From: the human T2T-CHM13v2.0 reference genome, Homo sapiens
Strand: one strand, 5' to 3'
Assembly: GCF_009914755.1 (NCBI RefSeq)
Contig: NC_060928.1
Length of the DNA: 64,000 nucleotides
A model generated the notes under the pieces. The model saw nothing but the letters and a program-made list of their open reading frames with translations. It had not been told where the DNA came from and ran no database searches. Position 1 is the first letter of the stretch, and every line of letters begins with the position of its first letter. Below, in pieces: positions 58,215 through 64,000 of this stretch. Made by a program: the position numbers and the translations under genes.

Positions 58215-59910
58215 TCGGTGATCTCATCTAGTCTCTTGGCTTTCAATATCACCAATATGCTGGCAACTTCCAAATATTTATCTCTAGCCCAGACCCCTCC
58301 CTGGAATTTCAGACCCATTTATTCAACTGCCCACGTGGTATCTCCACTTGGGTGTCTAACACGCACCTCAACCTCAACATGGGCAAAATTGCGGATCTTT
58401 CCCTGCCTCCAAACGTGTTCATTTCACAGATATCCTCTTCTCAGTTAACGGCAACTACTATGGATGGAACTGTGTCCCCCAAAAATTCATATGCTGAAGT
58501 CCTAGCCCTTAGTACCTTGTAATGTGACATTATTTGGGATTAGGGTTGTGCAGATGTAATTAGTTAAGATGAGGTCATACTGGAATAGGGTGGACCCCAA
58601 TCTAATAGGACTGATGTTATTATATACAGGGGAAATTGGAACATAGACACCTGCATGAGGAGAACACCATGTTTAGATTAAGGCAGGGAGTCCGTGCTTG
58701 GGCTAAAAAGCATGGACTTGTCTCTGACCCTTCTCTTTCTCTCACACAACACCCCTAGCCCTGAATCTGTTAAATTTTATTCGTTTTATCCACAGAACAT
58801 ATTCAGATTCTGATCAATCTCCAAACACTCCTCCAGCACCATCTACTTCGAGCTGTCAACACCTCTTACCTGGGATTCTGCAGAAGCTTCCTAGCTGATC
58901 TTCTGGTTTCTCTTTGCTCTGTTCCCTGCCACCATCTCCACTCCCTGACAGCCCCTGCCAGAATGACCCTTATGCATTCATTCCTTTTCTTTTATTTCTA
59001 TACTCTATCCCTTAATGATCTCATCCACAATCCTAGCTTCAAACAGCTCGCTTGGTGAATGACTTTCCAAATCCTTACAGCCAGCTCCAACCTCTACCCC
59101 GTGTTCCAATTTCAAGTCTGCCTTATTAGCTTCTTGAGCATATCATGCTCAAAACAATATTTACTTTCTTTCTCCAGATTTTGATGTTGTGAAAGAGTAC
59201 TGCCATCTGCTAGTTACCCAGGTTCAAACCTTGTACTCTTTCCTCAACTATCCAATCTAATCAGTTACCACCACGTCCTGCTCAGTCCAGCTTTGCAAAC
59301 TCTCACATAGCTTCTCTGCATCCCACTGTTGGTAACACTGGTTCAGGCCCTTGTTACTTCCCAAGGGTTCTTCCATAACTCTAGCTTTTCCTTCCAGTTC
59401 ATTCTACAGTGACTGCTGACGAATCTGAAGATAAAGGTTCTGACTGTATTACTTCTATGCTTAGAAATCTTCAATCATCCCTTCCGAATGCCACCATAAA
59501 TAAAAATCTTAGTAGGACACTTAAAGTCTTTCTCCCTACTATCAGTCTTCTCCTTCAGGGTCTAATCATAATGCTTAACCTTATGCTCAGCACATGCCAA
59601 CATCCCTGTTGAAGTGTTCTGGTCAACCACCATTTACAGGACCTAGCATTTCCTCTCCCTCACTCCCACTGGAAACCCTGTCCATCATTAAAGGGCCCTG
59701 ATGTTCCCCCAGCATGAAGTACCACTCTCCCTTCTCCTAACTCCTTCACATTTTGCTAATCCTTCTCCTTTAGCAGTTACCACTCTTGCTCTTGTATTAG
59801 TGACTTGTGCACTTATCCTAATCCCTCGAGGGCAAAAATTTTATTGTATGCATCTCTGTGTTCCCAACGCCTTTAGCCCAGTGTTGGTACTATTTATTGA
59901 GTGAATGAAA
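58215..59910 (+). mobile_element. L2 fragments interrupted by an MLT1 LTR piece
   Basis: ctcggtgatctcatctagtctcttggcttt...tccaaatatttatctctagcccagacc...tatctccacttgggtgtctaa; terminal tttattgagtgaatgaa. Confidence 0.75.
58457..58690 (+). mobile_element. MLT1A-C-type LTR, 5' half
   Basis: gaactgtgtcccccaaaaattcatatgctgaagtccta...gcagatgtaattagttaagatgaggtcatactgga. Confidence 0.85.
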
Positions 59911-61719
59911 TCACACTCCTAATCTCATTACAGTAGAACATAAATTTACAAAAGTCAATTTTACAGAAGGTAAATTAATGAGGCCAAGGTTATCAGTTCA
60001 ATTCCCATATGGTTCATTTAGCTTTGCACAGAGGAAAAAAAGAATCCAGGGACAGACTATTGTCAAAAGCTCAGCCAGCTGTCTTGCAAACATATGCATT
60101 ATTAACACAAGAGACAGGTCACAAAAATAGATGGGTTTGGAAAACTCTAGTCTCTATTGACACACTATCATGTGGTTATCTTTGAAACTAAAAGATGGCA
60201 CATGGTTGGAAAATTGTTTGCATCCAGTTTTAAGAAACACATTTAGATTATACATATCACAAAATGGGGGGAGGCAGATCTTGAACTCACCTTCTTCTTA
60301 GACACTGAATGTCTTTAAAATACAAAGCATGTTTAGTGATTTGTATGTCAAAATTCAACTTCAGAGAATAATAAATTTACCAAACATCTACACATAGCAT
60401 GTAAAGCCCAAACTGAGGGCCAAACATGCAGGGATCAAAGACAGGAATGGAGGCTCACTAAGGAGGCCTGGGCTCTAGTTCTAGCTCTGCCATTAACTGG
60501 TGAAACCTTTGCAAAATCACCTCTCCTCTCTGGGCCATAATTCTCAGCAAAAAGAGGTTCAACAGATGATAGCTAAGATCCTTTCCAAGATATCCTTTTA
60601 AGATAAAAGTATAAAAATAAATGGAATAGCCTGTCCTGATCAAGTTTAATCCAAATTGAGCTCAAACTCAAATTAAAAACAACGTATTCTGAAACCCAGC
60701 AAACACTGTTTGATCTGGATCAAACATAAAAAATGAATAAAATATTATTCTTTCTAAATCAGCTAATTATATAACACTTAAAATCTTTTTTACATTGATA
60801 TAATATCTGTGCTGCTGATTTTGGTTAAAATGTCTGAATAAATGTAAGCAATAGATGGTATTCTGCATCCCTCCAAACCATTTTAATATTGAAGAGTTAG
60901 AAAAAACTACGAAAACTCATCATTTTGGGGGTTAATAATCAAAGAAACATTGTTCACAGAAAGAAGTTTATCATCAGCAAAGGTAGTTCAGAGGATTTTA
61001 TACAAATGTTAAAATATTATAAAGGCAGAAATGAGTGAAAATTTTATTTCCATTTGTAAAGACAGTATTTCTCTTAGGGAAACACAAGCAAGCTGCAACT
61101 ATTTTCAGTACTAAATATACTCCATCTAATGACTCAGTAAAGAGATAGAAAAGATTAACCAAAGGTTTATACTGATTTTGGTGACAGTCAGGAGGAAATA
61201 CACTAGCCAATCATCAAAAACACTTAGTGTGCTATGTTTTTGCCCAAAAGAATGGTGCTTGGGGAGAAGTAACAAGAAGCTACGTAAGAAAAAAAATGAT
61301 TTTTTACAAATTAAAAAATGCCTGGAGAAATTGGCTCATTGAGAATCTCTAAGGCACCGTGTTGTTCCAGGAATTATCATATGTAAAACTATCTTTCCCA
61401 TCCTTACAGTAATTTCATAACAAAACAGTAGCGACTGATCCACTTTCAGTGATTAGAAATTCTTCATGTAAAAAATAGTCGTATTTTTTAAACTCACTTA
61501 ATATGAATTAAACAAACCTATCTTTTATACTATTACTTAATCAGATAAAAGCTTCTACCACCACCATCACCGGCTACAGTGTTTTCTGTTTTTCCATATG
61601 TAATCAATTCAAACATTCATTCACCTATCTTAGAGCACAGCGAGAATTTGGAGGACCATATAAACAGCAGATCAGTAAACATCCTCACATACTGATCTGA
61701 ACATGCTGGTGTGTTTAAA

Positions 61720-62900
<1,181 letters not shown>

Positions 62901-63174
62901 ACAGTATATAGAGGATGACATGTTCCTATTTTTGTAGATAACAGAATTATAGTCTACCCAAAGGAAAAACTAGGAGCCATATATGTCAGGTTTATTAACT
63001 GTGTGCCACACTTTCCTTATCTGTTAGGTAGTGATAGCAAAGGTCCTACCATATTGCATTGTTGTAGATTACATGACTCAGTATATTCAAGAACACTTGG
63101 AACAGTGTCTGACAAATAGTGTTATTTAAATTCTGGCTATGATTAATTAGTATTTACCATTCCATCTATAATTC

Positions 63175-63319
63175 TTTTTTTTTAATTTTTTTTGTTTTTT
63201 AAAGAGACAAGGTCTTGCTCTGTTGCCCAGGCTGAATTAGAACTCCTGGTTTCCTGGGATCCTCCACCTCAGCTTCCCGAGGAGCTGGGACTACAGGCAC
63301 AAGCCACCACACCCAGCTA
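63175..63319 (-). mobile_element. Alu monomer / internally deleted Alu
   Basis: gagacaaggtcttgctctgttgcccaggctg...gctgggactacaggcacaagccaccacacccagcta. Confidence 0.8.
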
Positions 63320-63839
63320 GATCTGTAGTTCTTAATGGTGGCTGCCATAATAGTGGACCTATAGGTAATTCTACCATTCTGTATTATATTCTTCTGTATG
63401 GCTTTTAATTTGTAAAACAATGGTAAGCAGAAGAAAGGGTTTTTAAAAAAATAATTTAAAATAATACCACAATAGCCATATTGTTTACTGTATACAGTAA
63501 ACAGAACTTTGTGTGCATATGGATTTCAACATTTCTTCTAAGAATTCTGGCTCCCCTGGTGTCTGCAGTGTATAGGTTGGGAACAGCCACATTATATCAT
63601 TAAGATAAATAATTATTGAGATTCAAATATATACTCTTTTATATACAGAACACTAAATCTAAGAAACAGAAGGATTTGGAAACCACCAATATTTTAAAAA
63701 ATACATTTAACAAACATAAATCAACCTTTAACAACTGTTTTACTGAAATTCTTATTTTCAATACACTTAAAACATACTTTAAAAAGCTCTTTGCTGCATT
63801 TCCTTTTGTTTTGAAAGGCTTATATTTTGAGTCACAGTG

Positions 63840-64000
63840 TTTTTTTTTTTTTTTTTGAGACGGAGTCTTGCTCTGTCGCCCAGGCTGGAGTTCAGTGGCG
63901 TGATCTCAGCTCACTGTAACCTCCACCTCCTGAGTTCAAGCGATTGTCTTCCTCAGTCTCCTGAGTAGCTGGGATTACAGGCACCCACCACCAAGCCTGG
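63840..64000 (-). mobile_element. AluS-like SINE cut by the window edge
   Basis: Poly-T plus gagacggagtcttgctctgtcgcccaggctgg right arm. Confidence 0.93.

Noticed and set aside
58080-58448. 122-aa ORF and other 60-120 aa ORFs outside Alus
   Set aside because: They overlap L2, L1 or MLT remnants or have no recognisable domain, many use non-ATG starts, and their lengths are consistent with chance.

Overview
This is AT-rich primate (human-like) genomic DNA, not prokaryotic. It lies inside the mineralocorticoid receptor gene NR3C2, transcribed on the minus strand. The only supportable coding segment is the 140-nt exon 3 at 55865-56004, encoding [46 protein letters not shown](G), the first zinc finger of the DNA-binding domain. 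It carries the known tandem donor that adds 12 nt (KCSW, MR+4). Everything else is intron: intron 3 is 1-55864 (exon 4 is not in the window) and intron 2 is 56005-64000. The introns hold about 18 Alus, a full-length Tigger1, MER2, MER58, MER33, Charlie1, L1M, L2 and MIR fragments, MLT1 LTRs and an ERV1-type solo LTR. The ORF track is almost all repeat-derived or chance. The most striking unexplained structure is about 1 kb upstream of exon 3. A 44-bp copy (40/44 identical) of the intron-2/exon-3 junction keeps the acceptor but carries an in-frame stop. It directly abuts a 330-bp 10/12-mer minisatellite and is followed by a CAG|GTAAAT donor, together outlining a candidate 118-nt poison exon. 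Its function is inferred only. Repeat family names come from recalled consensus sequences, and their boundaries are approximate.
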